Positions 38,808 through 48,689 of a stretch of 64,000 nt of DNA are shown one piece after another. The notes under the pieces are model-generated. The model did no database searches, had not been told where the DNA came from, and was given only the letters and a program-made list of their open reading frames with translations. Position numbers and translations under genes: made by a program. This stretch comes from Candidatus Borrarchaeum weybense (lineage in GTDB: Archaea; Asgardarchaeota; Sifarchaeia; Borrarchaeales; Borrarchaeaceae), in the NCBI GenBank assembly GCA_019057385.1, contig JAHQJS010000007.1:747685-811684 (forward strand), written 5' to 3'. Position 1 is the stretch's first letter, and each line of letters begins with the position of its first letter.

Positions 38808-40373
38808 CTAGACCATCTTTTTACTTTTCCCTTGAAATCGTTGAAGTGCAATTAGTTTATTGATTCCTGTAAGCAGAGCTCTAATACTTGCCATGACAAT
38901 GTCATTATCCACACTTGTTGCACTTGCCTCTGTATCGTTAATTTCATCTCTTAGTTTCACCTGTACATCCACAGCTGATGATGTCCCCCCAGTAATTGCA
39001 TCAACATGATATTCTTCAAGTTTAATTCCTTCAAGAAGACCACCTTTTTCAATTGCTTTCATTGCTGCATCAACAGGTCCAACTCCTGAAGCAGTATGGA
39101 TTCTTTCTTCTCCGCGTACACTAAGAACCACAGATGATGTCGGAGTGATTTTGTTTCCAGTGAATGCAGTCAATGTCTTTAGCGTAAGGAAGTCCTCGCT
39201 TGGTAAATGAAGCACATCTTTTACAATGTCCCAGACATTTGAATCCGTGACTTTTTTTCCTTGATCACCATATTCTTTGATGCGTCGAAAGATGTGTTCT
39301 TCCTGCTCAGCAGTTACATGCAACCCTAACTCTGTTAAAATCGATTGGACAGCATGCCTTCCAGCATGTTTACCCAAGACAAATTGTCTTTTCCTGCCGA
39401 AAAATCCAGGATCCATTGGCTCGTAACATGCTTTATGGGCTAGTACGCCATGGACATGAATGCCAGATTCGTGAAGAAACGCATTTTTACCAACAATCGG
39501 CGCATTTAGTGGTAGATGGAATTTCATTAATCGTTCAATCTTCCGAGAGACTTCTGCAATAAGGTGTGGTTTGATATTACATGATATATTATGAAATCCA
39601 AGTAAACATGCTGCGACTTGCTCCAAACTAGCGTTTCCAGCACGTTCACCCATTCCATTGATACACACTTGTACAGTTTCTGCTCCCGCTTCCACAGCTG
39701 CTAGAGAATTGGCAGTTGCAAGTCCAAAGTCATTATGAGCATGGATGCTAAGGGGAACAAGAATAACCTTTTTTAGAGCATGAATATATGCATTGATTAC
39801 ACGTGGATTACACCTACCCGTTGTGTCAGGTAGCATAATTCGATCTGCGCCAGCGTCAACACCAGTCTTGTAAAACGTCTTTAAGAAATCAAGAGAGGTA
39901 CCGGTCGCATCTTCTGCACATAATTCAACCAATAAGCCATGATCCTTAGCATATTCGATGCATGTAACTATTTTATCCAGAACGGTTTCTTGAGTCATTT
40001 TGAGTTTATATTTGACATGCCACTCGCTAGTTGCAATGAAAGTAAGAACTGAATCAACATCACAACTAAGCACTGCATCAATATCCTTTTGAATTGCTCG
40101 AGCAAAGCCACAAATTTCTGCTTGTAGACCACAGTTAGCAATTGCTTTTACAGCTTCTATCTCGCCTTTTGACACAATAGGAAATCCAGCTTCTATTATA
40201 TCTACACCAAGCTGATCTAATTCTTGAGCTATTGCTACCTTCCGTTCAACATCGAGCGCAATTCCTGGTGTTTGTTCACCATCTCTTAAGGTTGTATCAA
40301 AAAAATTGACGTGTTTAGGAAGGGTAACAGCTGCAACTGATTCTTTAGATGCCACTTCATTTAATGGACTCAA
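38808..40373 (-). CDS. 2-isopropylmalate synthase / (R)-citramalate synthase family (LeuA/CimA) with C-terminal regulatory domain
   Basis: DTTLRDGEQTPG, HAHNDFGLATAN, GMGERAGN, HESGIH, GKHAG, GVGPVDA. Confidence 0.92.
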   Translation of the reverse strand: MSPLNEVASKESVAAVTLPKHVNFFDTTLRDGEQTPGIALDVERKVAIAQELDQLGVDIIEAGFPIVSKGEIEAVKAIANCGLQAEICGFARAIQKDIDAVLSCDVDSVLTFIATSEWHVKYKLKMTQETVLDKIVTCIEYAKDHGLLVELCAEDATGTSLDFLKTFYKTGVDAGADRIMLPDTTGRCNPRVINAYIHALKKVILVPLSIHAHNDFGLATANSLAAVEAGAETVQVCINGMGERAGNASLEQVAACLLGFHNISCNIKPHLIAEVSRKIERLMKFHLPLNAPIVGKNAFLHESGIHVHGVLAHKACYEPMDPGFFGRKRQFVLGKHAGRHAVQSILTELGLHVTAEQEEHIFRRIKEYGDQGKKVTDSNVWDIVKDVLHLPSEDFLTLKTLTAFTGNKITPTSSVVLSVRGEERIHTASGVGPVDAAMKAIEKGGLLEGIKLEEYHVDAITGGTSSAVDVQVKLRDEINDTEASATSVDNDIVMASIRALLTGINKLIALQRFQGKSKKMV

Positions 40374-40448
40374 AAATAAAGTGATCCCTCATTTTTAGAC
40401 CTCTTTCGAGAAACTGGACTGAGTGTATAAAAAACTTTGGCTAAAAAT

Positions 40449-40487
40449 TGTTGACCATGTTTACCTTTGACTACCTTTGTTTACGTA
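40449..40487. promoter_or_regulatory. Four tandem TGTTTACC-like direct repeats in the divergent promoter region
   Basis: TGTTGACCA TGTTTACCTT TGACTACCTT TGTTTACGTA, 9-10 bp period. Confidence 0.5.
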
Positions 40488-40659
40488 AATGGCAAGATTT
40501 TTAAGGAGACATATTATCTTTGATAAAAAAATATCATCAAAAAATACAGAAAAGAAGAGCATATTTTTACAAATGTCAAATTATTCTGAGTATTTTCATT
40601 CCTTCGTAAAGTGAGATCAGATTATTTCCAAAATTAAAAAGTTACAGATTAAGGAAAAG

Positions 40660-42387
40660 GTGAAAACGATTCAATTAGAAGCCATTGAGGAAACACAAAC
40701 AGATTCACCAGAATCGAAAGAGAGTATCATCCAAAATATGGAGGATATATGTAAAAGAATCGATCTAAATCGAGTTAGAAAAACAATTGAAGAATTATTT
40801 AATCAACCAAATGTTGCACATATTTCACCTGAACAAATCAAAGTAAAAGCAGAAGTATGTGGTAGAAAAACGAAATACCGTAATTACAATTTTATCTCTG
40901 CTGTAAAAAATCGGTCAGCCGGTCTTACGGTTTATCTTGGTAGTGCGGATGTGATTCAATCCGAATTAACTCCAAAACAGAGAGAAATATTAGCTCATGC
41001 TCCTGAAACGATTGATACTGTGTTAAAATATCTGCAGAAAGCACCGTTATTGTGTAACGTCAGAACTATGGGAAATAATCCAGAATTCACACCGACTTGT
41101 ACTCTTTATGTTTCTTTAGCTCGACCAGATTCCGTACGATTAGCTCACATGATGAACGGATCTTTGTTTGAAAATAGAGAAATGAAACCTCCGAGTCTGT
41201 ATATAATAGATCTTCCAGAATGGCATGAGAAAGATAGACAAGTAATTTGTCTACCTGAGATTGGCGTGACCTTCGTTTTAGGATCCGATTATTTTGGTGA
41301 AGTTAAGAAAGGGTTTTTGCGAATGGCTATGTGGTATGCCAAACAAAAGGGAATGCTAGGACTTCATGCAGGCGCGAAGTTAATAAAGGCGAGAGATCAC
41401 AAGACAGGAAGAATTAATAGATTTAATATGCTTATTTTTGGTTTAACCGCTACGGGCAAGACAACACATTCCTGCCATACACATGACTTGAATGAGCTTG
41501 GAGAAGGCATTGAGATAGCGCAGGATGATTTTGTCGCTGTAAAAAAAGATGGGTCAGTATTGGGAACTGAATGTGGCTTTTTCCTTAAAACAGAGGGGCT
41601 TACCTTACAGGATCAACCTTTGCTTTACAATGCGCTTATAAAGCCTCATACGACACTTGAAAATGTTTTAATTGATTATTTTGATGATGTTGATTTCTTA
41701 GACAACACTATCACAGGGAATGGACGCGCAGTAATCTTAAGGGAGGATTTAGATAAAGATTATATTAGTTCAGAAATCAACTTACCACCGCTTTCGAACG
41801 TTGATGGTGTGATCATACTGATGATCACTAGACGAAATACAGTAGTTCCAATCGTCTCAAAATTAAATGTAGAACAAACTGCTGCCGTTTTCATGCTTGG
41901 TGAATCAATAGAAACTTCTGGAAGTAATCCAGAAAGGGCTGGTGAATCTATTAGAGAAGTAGGGACAAACCCTTTCATAATCGGCAACAAGGCCGAAGAA
42001 GGCAATCGATTCTATGATATCCTCAAAAAATACCCAGGTAAAATCCATTGTTACTTAGCCAACACAGGTGGCGTAGGTGAAATAATGGAAAAAGATGCAA
42101 ACGGGAAGAAGATAATAAAACAAAAAGTATTGCGCGTCGAAATTTCAGAAATGGCAGCAATAATTCGAGGAATTGCAAGAAATTCCATTGAATGGGAAGA
42201 TGAACCATATTTCGGAGTTCAAGTACCCAAAAATGTACCAGACATTGATATTCGGAAATTTAATTTAGAACGATTTTACGCCAAAGAGCAGATTCTCACT
42301 TTAGTTCAAAATTTAAAACGAGAAAGGAAGAAATATATAGAGAAATTTCCAGAGCTTTACGAACAAATTAAAAACGCATTTATATAG
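40660..42387 (+). CDS. pckA: Phosphoenolpyruvate carboxykinase (ATP-type family)
   Basis: GSDYFGEVKKGFLR, LGLHAG, FGLTATGKTT, QDD, ENV, NGRA, NPF, NTG. Confidence 0.88.
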   Translation: MKTIQLEAIEETQTDSPESKESIIQNMEDICKRIDLNRVRKTIEELFNQPNVAHISPEQIKVKAEVCGRKTKYRNYNFISAVKNRSAGLTVYLGSADVIQSELTPKQREILAHAPETIDTVLKYLQKAPLLCNVRTMGNNPEFTPTCTLYVSLARPDSVRLAHMMNGSLFENREMKPPSLYIIDLPEWHEKDRQVICLPEIGVTFVLGSDYFGEVKKGFLRMAMWYAKQKGMLGLHAGAKLIKARDHKTGRINRFNMLIFGLTATGKTTHSCHTHDLNELGEGIEIAQDDFVAVKKDGSVLGTECGFFLKTEGLTLQDQPLLYNALIKPHTTLENVLIDYFDDVDFLDNTITGNGRAVILREDLDKDYISSEINLPPLSNVDGVIILMITRRNTVVPIVSKLNVEQTAAVFMLGESIETSGSNPERAGESIREVGTNPFIIGNKAEEGNRFYDILKKYPGKIHCYLANTGGVGEIMEKDANGKKIIKQKVLRVEISEMAAIIRGIARNSIEWEDEPYFGVQVPKNVPDIDIRKFNLERFYAKEQILTLVQNLKRERKKYIEKFPELYEQIKNAFI

Positions 42388-42543
42388 AAGGAAAATATTT
42401 TTCGCCCTTATTCAGGCGTCCATTTTTTTCTAATATTTGATACTTGTGCTGCTTTTCAATATTGTATCCATAAGTATACCGCAGTATACCGATTAATTCC
42501 CTTAAATTGGTATCTTATAGGATAGTTCCAATTTAGGATTAAC

Positions 42544-43398
42544 TCAGTCTTTTAAATGTTCAATGACATAATCTAGTATTAGTTCTGGAATTTCAACGAA
42601 AGTTGTTTCCATCAATCCTTTAAATTCTACTGTATGGTTGATCTCATTGACAACTAATCCTTCTTTATCTTCCAATAGATCAACGCCAAGAATTCCGCCT
42701 CCAACAACTTTCGCAGCCTTTAAACTCAATTCTTTAATCTCTGGAGTAATTTCGCAAATCTTTGCTGTGCCACCTCTCGCAATATTTGTCCGCCAGTCGC
42801 CACCATTTGCTTTTCTATACATAGCAGCAACCACATCATCTCCGATAACAAAAGCCCTGATATCTCTTTTTGAGGGAACCTTTTCCTGAATATAATGAAT
42901 TTTATGAAGTGGTCCTAACATTTCTTTATGCTCTATAACTGATGTTGCTACGATTTCATCGTTAATCAAAGAAACGAGACGCCCCCAAGAGCCTACTAAA
43001 GGCTTAATAACAGCAGGATAACCTACATCATTCAAGGATTCAAGAGCAGAATCTTCTGCGAATGACACCAAAGTTTTTGGAGTTGGGATATTTGCTTTTG
43101 TTAACGCTAAAGTTGTCAAGAGTTTATTACCACAGGTTTGTGCTGTTTCAAAGGAATTGATGACATGTAATCCTTTGTTTTCAAGGATTGCTGATAGATA
43201 TAACCCTCTAAAATAACTTACGCTTCTTTGGAGTAAAACATCATATTCCTGTAAATCCGAATTACAATCGGTTGCCGTTAGAGAGAGCCTTTTGGCATCA
43301 ATCAAGTTCAAATCTATTTTTTTCTTCGCTGCAGCCTTTACAAGTTGCTTTTCATTCCAGCTAATTCTATCATATATTAATCCAATTTTCAGTTTCAA
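42544..43398 (-). CDS. LysX/ArgX-type ATP-grasp [LysW]-amino acid ligase (RimK family); the Arg leader suggests an ArgX role
   Basis: LQRSVSYFRG, CGNKLLT, KPLVGSWGRLV, RDIRAFVIG, WRTN, EINHTVEFKG. Confidence 0.88.
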   Translation of the reverse strand: MKLKIGLIYDRISWNEKQLVKAAAKKKIDLNLIDAKRLSLTATDCNSDLQEYDVLLQRSVSYFRGLYLSAILENKGLHVINSFETAQTCGNKLLTTLALTKANIPTPKTLVSFAEDSALESLNDVGYPAVIKPLVGSWGRLVSLINDEIVATSVIEHKEMLGPLHKIHYIQEKVPSKRDIRAFVIGDDVVAAMYRKANGGDWRTNIARGGTAKICEITPEIKELSLKAAKVVGGGILGVDLLEDKEGLVVNEINHTVEFKGLMETTFVEIPELILDYVIEHLKD

Positions 43399-43620
43399 AA
43401 CCCCCTTTAGAGGTATTAAATCAAAAAACTTCCAAGAGGGTCGTTAATAGGTGAAAGAACGAATTTTAGAACAACTACAGAGCCCACATGATTTGACTCT
43501 ATAAGATTTATCTAAAACAAGTCTTGGCTTACACGAGTTGAAACCAAGTTTTCAACTTTAGCCTATTAACGACGATTTTCCAATGCAAATTTTTTTCATC
43601 GTCGTCGTCGTCGTCGTCGG
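43399..43620 (-). promoter_or_regulatory. Structured attenuator-like 5' leader with mutually exclusive helices
   Basis: Perfect 12-bp helix between 43562-43573 and 43440-43451; competing 8-bp helix between 43569-43576 and the Arg codons; internal hairpins at 43536-43557 and 43464-43517; U6 tract at 43423-43428. Confidence 0.7.
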
Positions 43621-43691
43621 ATCCCCACATCTAAAACAAGATATTCGTTTTCAAAAACAGAGTTTCCCATAAAAACTTCATCATAATCCAT
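43596..43691 (-). CDS. Leader peptide MDYDEVFMGNSVFENEYLVLDVGIRRRRRRR (31 aa, seven CGA codons before the stop)
   Basis: GAGGTG SD at 43698-43703, 6 nt before ATG; open frame to (CGA)7 TGA; lies ~200 nt upstream of lysX/argX on the same strand; below the ORF-track length cutoff. Confidence 0.8.
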   Translation of the reverse strand: MDYDEVFMGNSVFENEYLVLDVGIRRRRRRR

Positions 43692-43848
43692 ATAATCCAC
43701 CTCTAGATCCGACTTTTTATTTTGTTGCACATTGCTCTTATGGTTTTTAAGATTTTTGTTTTTGTATATTTAGTGTGAAGTTCAATACAGCAAAAAAATG
43801 AAAAAAATCAAGATTTGGATTGAGTCATATCAAAAAGTGAAGAAAAAG

Positions 43849-45111
43849 TTAAGTTGGAGTCCAATTTTTCATTGCTCTTCGAAACATTTTATTTAGATCG
43901 TCTTCTTTAATAGGAACCGGATTTAAATAGAGTAATCGTTGTATTTTGAACGTATCTGCGGCTAAACGAGCAATATATTCTTCCTTTACGTTAAATGGTG
44001 GCGCTTCAAGGCCATATGGAATTCCAATATCCTTTGATAATTGAATAATTGCGTTTACGCTTTTTTGTGCAGCATCCATAAGCGAAAGATCTTTCACATT
44101 TTCACCTAGTAACTGGGCTATACGTGCAAAACGCTCTGGTGCACCTGGTATATTGAATTCCACAACTGCAGGAAGTATTACAGCGTTAGTAATGCCGTGT
44201 GGTGTATGCCATTGACCCCCCACGGGATAAGCCATGGCATGAACAGTACAAACTCCCGCGTTTGTGAACGCTGCACCAGCTAGGAACGACGCTAATAACA
44301 TGCCACTCCTTGCCTCTAGGTTGTTACCATTATTAACAGCTAGACGTAAGTACTTTCCAATTAGTTCGATAGACTTTTCGGCAAATATATCCGTTAGTTC
44401 AGTTGAGCCCGTAAAAACAGGTCTTTCTGGTGGAGTTGCTGGCTTGGGTCGTGTCGTATATGGTCTAACGAAATATGCTTCAATGGCGTGAACAAGGGCA
44501 TCCATGCCTGTTGCTGCTGTAATGGAGGGGGGCATCGTAATGGTCAACAGAGGATCTAAAATCCCAAGTGTGGGTCTGCCACAGAATAGTGCCCCCTTTA
44601 CTAATTTTTCTGGGAAAGTTATAACTGAAGAAGGAGAGGTCTCACTACCGGTTCCTGCAGTAGTAGGAACAGCTATCAGTGGTTTAAATGGTCCTGGAAT
44701 TTTTTTTCCTTCGCCAAAAGGTGCTGGCATGTAGTCGAGAATTTTGCCACCGTGTGTGAGCACTAAAGCAATTACTTTAGCTGAATCTATAGCACTTCCA
44801 CCACCCAAAGCTACAAATCCATCAAAATTACTATCTTTAAAGTTGTCAATACAGTCTTGCATAGATTTTAACGAAGGTTCTGGTTCCACTTTGTCCCAGA
44901 CCGTAAAAGTGATATTTTGCTCTTTAATAGGTTGCACAATTTTGTCAACAAGACCAATTTTAACCATTACAGAATCAGTCACGATAAGACAATTCTCTAT
45001 TCCTAATTTTTTTAGATCCCAACCAATTTCCGATGCAACATCTAGTCCAAATTTGATATTAGACATAGCAAATTGCCAGGCAGTATCTATTGGTAAGCTA
45101 TCTATCGGCAT
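43849..45111 (-). CDS. Iron-containing ADH family, hydroxyacid-oxoacid transhydrogenase-like
   Basis: GGGSAIDSAK, PTTAGTGSE, GMDALVHAIEAY, insertion RPKPATPPERPVFTG, HAMAYP, PHG. Confidence 0.88.
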   Translation of the reverse strand: MPIDSLPIDTAWQFAMSNIKFGLDVASEIGWDLKKLGIENCLIVTDSVMVKIGLVDKIVQPIKEQNITFTVWDKVEPEPSLKSMQDCIDNFKDSNFDGFVALGGGSAIDSAKVIALVLTHGGKILDYMPAPFGEGKKIPGPFKPLIAVPTTAGTGSETSPSSVITFPEKLVKGALFCGRPTLGILDPLLTITMPPSITAATGMDALVHAIEAYFVRPYTTRPKPATPPERPVFTGSTELTDIFAEKSIELIGKYLRLAVNNGNNLEARSGMLLASFLAGAAFTNAGVCTVHAMAYPVGGQWHTPHGITNAVILPAVVEFNIPGAPERFARIAQLLGENVKDLSLMDAAQKSVNAIIQLSKDIGIPYGLEAPPFNVKEEYIARLAADTFKIQRLLYLNPVPIKEDDLNKMFRRAMKNWTPT

Positions 45112-45301
45112 TTTATGCCTCCTTTAAGAATTTATTTCGGATTAAATGCTTGCTATATGTAAAAGACCTTAATAAAAGTGACGTAAAAATATAAGAGCAT
45201 TAGCCCGAAACGACTAACTTCACCCGTAATTAATAAGCTGCTATTTAAATCAATTTTTCAAGTAATCATATAGTTATTTGGAACAAGAAAGTAGAAAAAA
45301 T

Positions 45302-46558
45302 CTACTTAAGTGTCCAATTTCGCATGGCTTTTCGAAATAACTTTTTCAGATCATCCTCGATTATCGGAACTGGATTTGCACCCAAAAGCCGTTGTACTTT
45401 GAATGTATCTGCGGCTAAACGTGGAATGTCTTCTTCTTTTACACCAATCGCTTCGAGGCCGTATGGAATGCCAATATCTTTTGACAATTGGATAATTGCA
45501 TTTACGCTCTTTTGTGCAGCATCCATAGCCGAAAGATTTTCAATATTTTCACCTAGTAAATGGGCTATACGTTTAAAACGTTCTAGTGCACCGGGTATAT
45601 TGAATTCAACAGATGCAGGAAGTAAAACTGCATTTGTTACACCATGCGGAGTATGAAATTGTCCACCAACTATAAGAGCCATTGCATGAACTACGGAAAC
45701 ACCTGCATTACTAAAAGCGACACCAGCGAGGAAAGAGGCTAATAACATACTACTTCTAGCTTCTAGATCATTACCATTAAAAACAGCTCTACGTAGATGT
45801 TTCCCAATTAATTCGATGGCACGTTCAGCAAACAGATCCGTCAGTTCTGTAGCTCCTGTATACACCGGCCTCTCAAGAGGCGTCTTGGGTTTCGGTCGAG
45901 AAGTATACGGTCGCACCCAATATGCTTCGATTGCGTGAACTAGAGCGTCCATACCTGTGCTTGCTGTAACAGAAGGGGGCATTGTCACCGTCAATAGAGG
46001 ATCCAAAATACCAAGCGTTGGTATTCCGCAGAACAAAGCTCCTTTCACTTGTTTTTCCGGAAATGAGATAACTGACACAGGAGTAGTTTCACTACCAGTG
46101 CCTGCTGTAGTAGGAACAGCAATCAATGGTTTAGAAGGACCTGGAATTTTTTTTCCTTCTCCAAATGGAGGTGCCATGTAATCAAGAATTTTACCACCGT
46201 GCGTGAGCACCAAGTCAATTACTTTGGCGGAATCGATGCTCGAACCACCACCTACCGCTACAAAACCATCAAAATTACTATCTTTCAAGCTGCCAATACA
46301 GTCTTGCATAGAATTCAGGGAAGGTTCTGGCTCTACCTTATTCCAGATCATTACATCTATATCTTGTTCTTCAATAACGTGCTTAATTTTATCCACTGTA
46401 CCAATTTGAGCCAATACAGGGTCTGTAATGATAAGGCAATTCCTTATTTCTAAACGTTTTAGATCGTATCCAATTTCAGACGCAACTCCATATCCAAACT
46501 TTATTCGAGACATCTGTAAATCCCAAACGGTATCAGTAGGTAATTCTGATAGTGACAT
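45302..46558 (-). CDS. Iron-containing ADH family, HOT-like; tandem paralog
   Basis: Highly similar to 43849..45111; start ATG 46558 after GGAGG. Confidence 0.88.
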   Translation of the reverse strand: MSLSELPTDTVWDLQMSRIKFGYGVASEIGYDLKRLEIRNCLIITDPVLAQIGTVDKIKHVIEEQDIDVMIWNKVEPEPSLNSMQDCIGSLKDSNFDGFVAVGGGSSIDSAKVIDLVLTHGGKILDYMAPPFGEGKKIPGPSKPLIAVPTTAGTGSETTPVSVISFPEKQVKGALFCGIPTLGILDPLLTVTMPPSVTASTGMDALVHAIEAYWVRPYTSRPKPKTPLERPVYTGATELTDLFAERAIELIGKHLRRAVFNGNDLEARSSMLLASFLAGVAFSNAGVSVVHAMALIVGGQFHTPHGVTNAVLLPASVEFNIPGALERFKRIAHLLGENIENLSAMDAAQKSVNAIIQLSKDIGIPYGLEAIGVKEEDIPRLAADTFKVQRLLGANPVPIIEDDLKKLFRKAMRNWTLK

Positions 46559-46584
46559 ACTTACGCCTCCTCTAAAACGGCAGT

Positions 46585-46926
46585 TTACTTCGCTCTCCAA
46601 GAGTGAACTAATGATTTCAATTGTTGCAATATGTTTCCAAGATCTCTTCCTTTTTGAGTGAGAGAATACTCTACCCTTACGGGTGTGGTCGGGATGACGT
46701 CTCTAACGATTAACTCCATTTTTTCAAATTGCTTCAATCGTTTGGATAGAGTTTTAGGACTTAAACTATTCAGTACGTCTAAAAACTCATTGAATCGCAT
46801 TATTTCAGACTTCATAAGGTGCATTATAAGGAATATGCTCCATCTTTTTCCAAGAAGGGACAAGAGTTCACACCCACAACCAGGAAAACAATCCTCCATT
46901 CCACACTCGCAACTCAATTCTGTCAA
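46585..46926 (-). CDS. HxlR family winged-helix regulator with Cys-rich N-terminus
   Basis: LLGKRWSIFLI, RFNEF, SPKTLSKRLK, PVRVEYSLTQKG. Confidence 0.9.
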   Translation of the reverse strand: MTELSCECGMEDCFPGCGCELLSLLGKRWSIFLIMHLMKSEIMRFNEFLDVLNSLSPKTLSKRLKQFEKMELIVRDVIPTTPVRVEYSLTQKGRDLGNILQQLKSLVHSWRAK

Positions 46927-47025
46927 TGAGACTAACTCCGATTAGCTATATTAGGTTACATTTTGGGAACTACTAATTCTATATACTAAGTATAATAAGT
47001 AAATTAACTATAAAATGTTTTTCAA

Positions 47026-47901
47026 ATGGTAGGGAACGGAATGAATAAAAGAATACAAGGGTTAATTGCGGCTGTCATCGTTGTAATCTGTTTGGTTGGT
47101 GCATATAGTTATATCAGTCCACAAATAACGGAAACTAGCGAAGGAAAAATAGGCGTTGTTGTCACCATTGTTCCGCAGACCGAATTTGTTGAGAGTGTGG
47201 CGGGTGATAGAGTAACAGTAACAGTAATGGTTCCTTCTGGAGCAAGTCCACATACTTATGAACCTACACCGAGTCAACTAGAAGCGGTTAGTAAGGCACA
47301 GATATACTTTAAGGTGGGATCTGGGGTAGAATTTGAGACTGCTTGGTGGGATAAGATTATCGCTGCAAATCCGAACATATATGTTATTGACAGTTCAGAG
47401 GGCATAGAACTAATAGGGACTGATCCACATATTTGGAATTCTCCAATTAATGCAAAGAAAATGGTAGAAAACTTTTACAACGGTCTTACACAGGTAGACC
47501 CAGATCATAAAGATGAATACAAAGCAAACAAAGATATTTATCTACAACAGCTTGACGAACTTGACAATTACATTCGAGAGCTCTTTGTCGACTTTACAAA
47601 CAGGGTTTTTCTAATATATCATCCATCATTTGGATATTTTGCTGAGGAATATGGTCTGACACAAATTGCAATAGAGCACGGAGGTAAAGAACCGACTCCA
47701 CAAGTCATTCAAGAAAGTATAGATGCTGCGAACACCTACAATTTATCATACGTCTATGTGGCACCACAATTTTCAACGATACATGCAAAAACAATTGCCA
47801 ACGAAATTGGTGGGAAAATTCTATACATTGATCCTCTCGCTGAAAACTATATTGATAACATGAGTAATGTAGCTGACGCGCTTGCTTTGGAGTTTGAATG
47901 A
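47026..47901 (+). CDS. znuA: Zn/Mn ABC transporter substrate-binding protein
   Basis: SPHTYEPTP, DPHIWNSP, HPSFGYF. Confidence 0.88.
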   Translation: MVGNGMNKRIQGLIAAVIVVICLVGAYSYISPQITETSEGKIGVVVTIVPQTEFVESVAGDRVTVTVMVPSGASPHTYEPTPSQLEAVSKAQIYFKVGSGVEFETAWWDKIIAANPNIYVIDSSEGIELIGTDPHIWNSPINAKKMVENFYNGLTQVDPDHKDEYKANKDIYLQQLDELDNYIRELFVDFTNRVFLIYHPSFGYFAEEYGLTQIAIEHGGKEPTPQVIQESIDAANTYNLSYVYVAPQFSTIHAKTIANEIGGKILYIDPLAENYIDNMSNVADALALEFE

Positions 47902-47940
47902 TACGTATACAGATACATACGATGGATGGATGGATGAAAA

Positions 47941-48687
47941 ATGAATGCAGAAATTGTTAGCCTCAAGAATGTATCAGTTTATTTCAATGATGTTTCCGTT
48001 CTTGAGGACATCACTTTTTCTATAAAGCAAAACGATTTTCTTGCTATAATAGGCCCCAATGGGGGTGGAAAAACTACACTATTAAAAGTAATCCTTGGCT
48101 TGATTAAACCAAATAGAGGCGAAGTTGCAGTTTTTGGAAAAACCCCAGAAGAAGGGCGAAAATTAATTGGATATCTGCCGCAATACACATCCTTTGATTT
48201 GAAATTTCCCATAAACGTGTTCAACGTAGTTCTTATGGGGCGATATAATGGAATTTTCAAAAGATATTCGAAAGAAGATAAAGAAGCTGTCATTAACGCC
48301 CTGAAAATTGTCGAAATGCTCGAATTCAGGGATAGACAGATCGGAAAATTATCGGGAGGGCAGTTACAGAGGGTTCTTTTGGCCAGAGCACTTGCAAGAG
48401 AACGTAAATTGCTTGTGCTTGATGAACCAATGACAAACATCGATCCAGAGATGCAACAGTCATTTTATGAGTTACTCGTAGAACTCAAAAAAGAGATGAC
48501 AATAGTTTTAGTAACTCATGATATTGGCGTTGTTTCTGTGTATGTCGATGAAATTGCGTGCTTAAATCGCAAGTTGGTGTATCATGGTTCAAAAGAAACG
48601 GCATTGAAAAAACTTGAAGACCTATATAAATGCCCGGTAGAACTAATAGCGCATGGAATTCCCCATAGAGTATTAAAGAGGCACTAA
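47941..48687 (+). CDS. znuC: Zn/Mn ABC transporter ATPase
   Basis: [24 protein letters not shown]; His-containing tail. Confidence 0.9.
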   Translation: MNAEIVSLKNVSVYFNDVSVLEDITFSIKQNDFLAIIGPNGGGKTTLLKVILGLIKPNRGEVAVFGKTPEEGRKLIGYLPQYTSFDLKFPINVFNVVLMGRYNGIFKRYSKEDKEAVINALKIVEMLEFRDRQIGKLSGGQLQRVLLARALARERKLLVLDEPMTNIDPEMQQSFYELLVELKKEMTIVLVTHDIGVVSVYVDEIACLNRKLVYHGSKETALKKLEDLYKCPVELIAHGIPHRVLKRH

Positions 48688-48689
48688 GA

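Noticed and set aside
40357-40392. Tiny uORF MRDHFIFESIK overlapping the start of the leuA/cimA-like gene as a second attenuator
   Set aside because: No Leu/Ile/Val codon run and no alternative helices were found.
40449-40487. TGTTTAC as a eukaryotic Forkhead site
   Set aside because: A 7-mer match in AT-rich DNA is not evidence of homology, and no Forkhead protein is visible; kept only as a generic operator candidate.
43529-43630. Alternative reading of the (CGA)n repeat as a poly-Asp uORF (MWGSDDDDDDDEK..., 33 aa) or as a neutral microsatellite
   Set aside because: There is no SD before this ATG. The Arg frame has a GAGGTG SD, stops exactly at the end of the repeat and matches the downstream gene's pathway.
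47900-47940. (GATG)4 microsatellite between znuA and znuC
   Set aside because: Short, intergenic, and with no evident effect on frame or promoter spacing.
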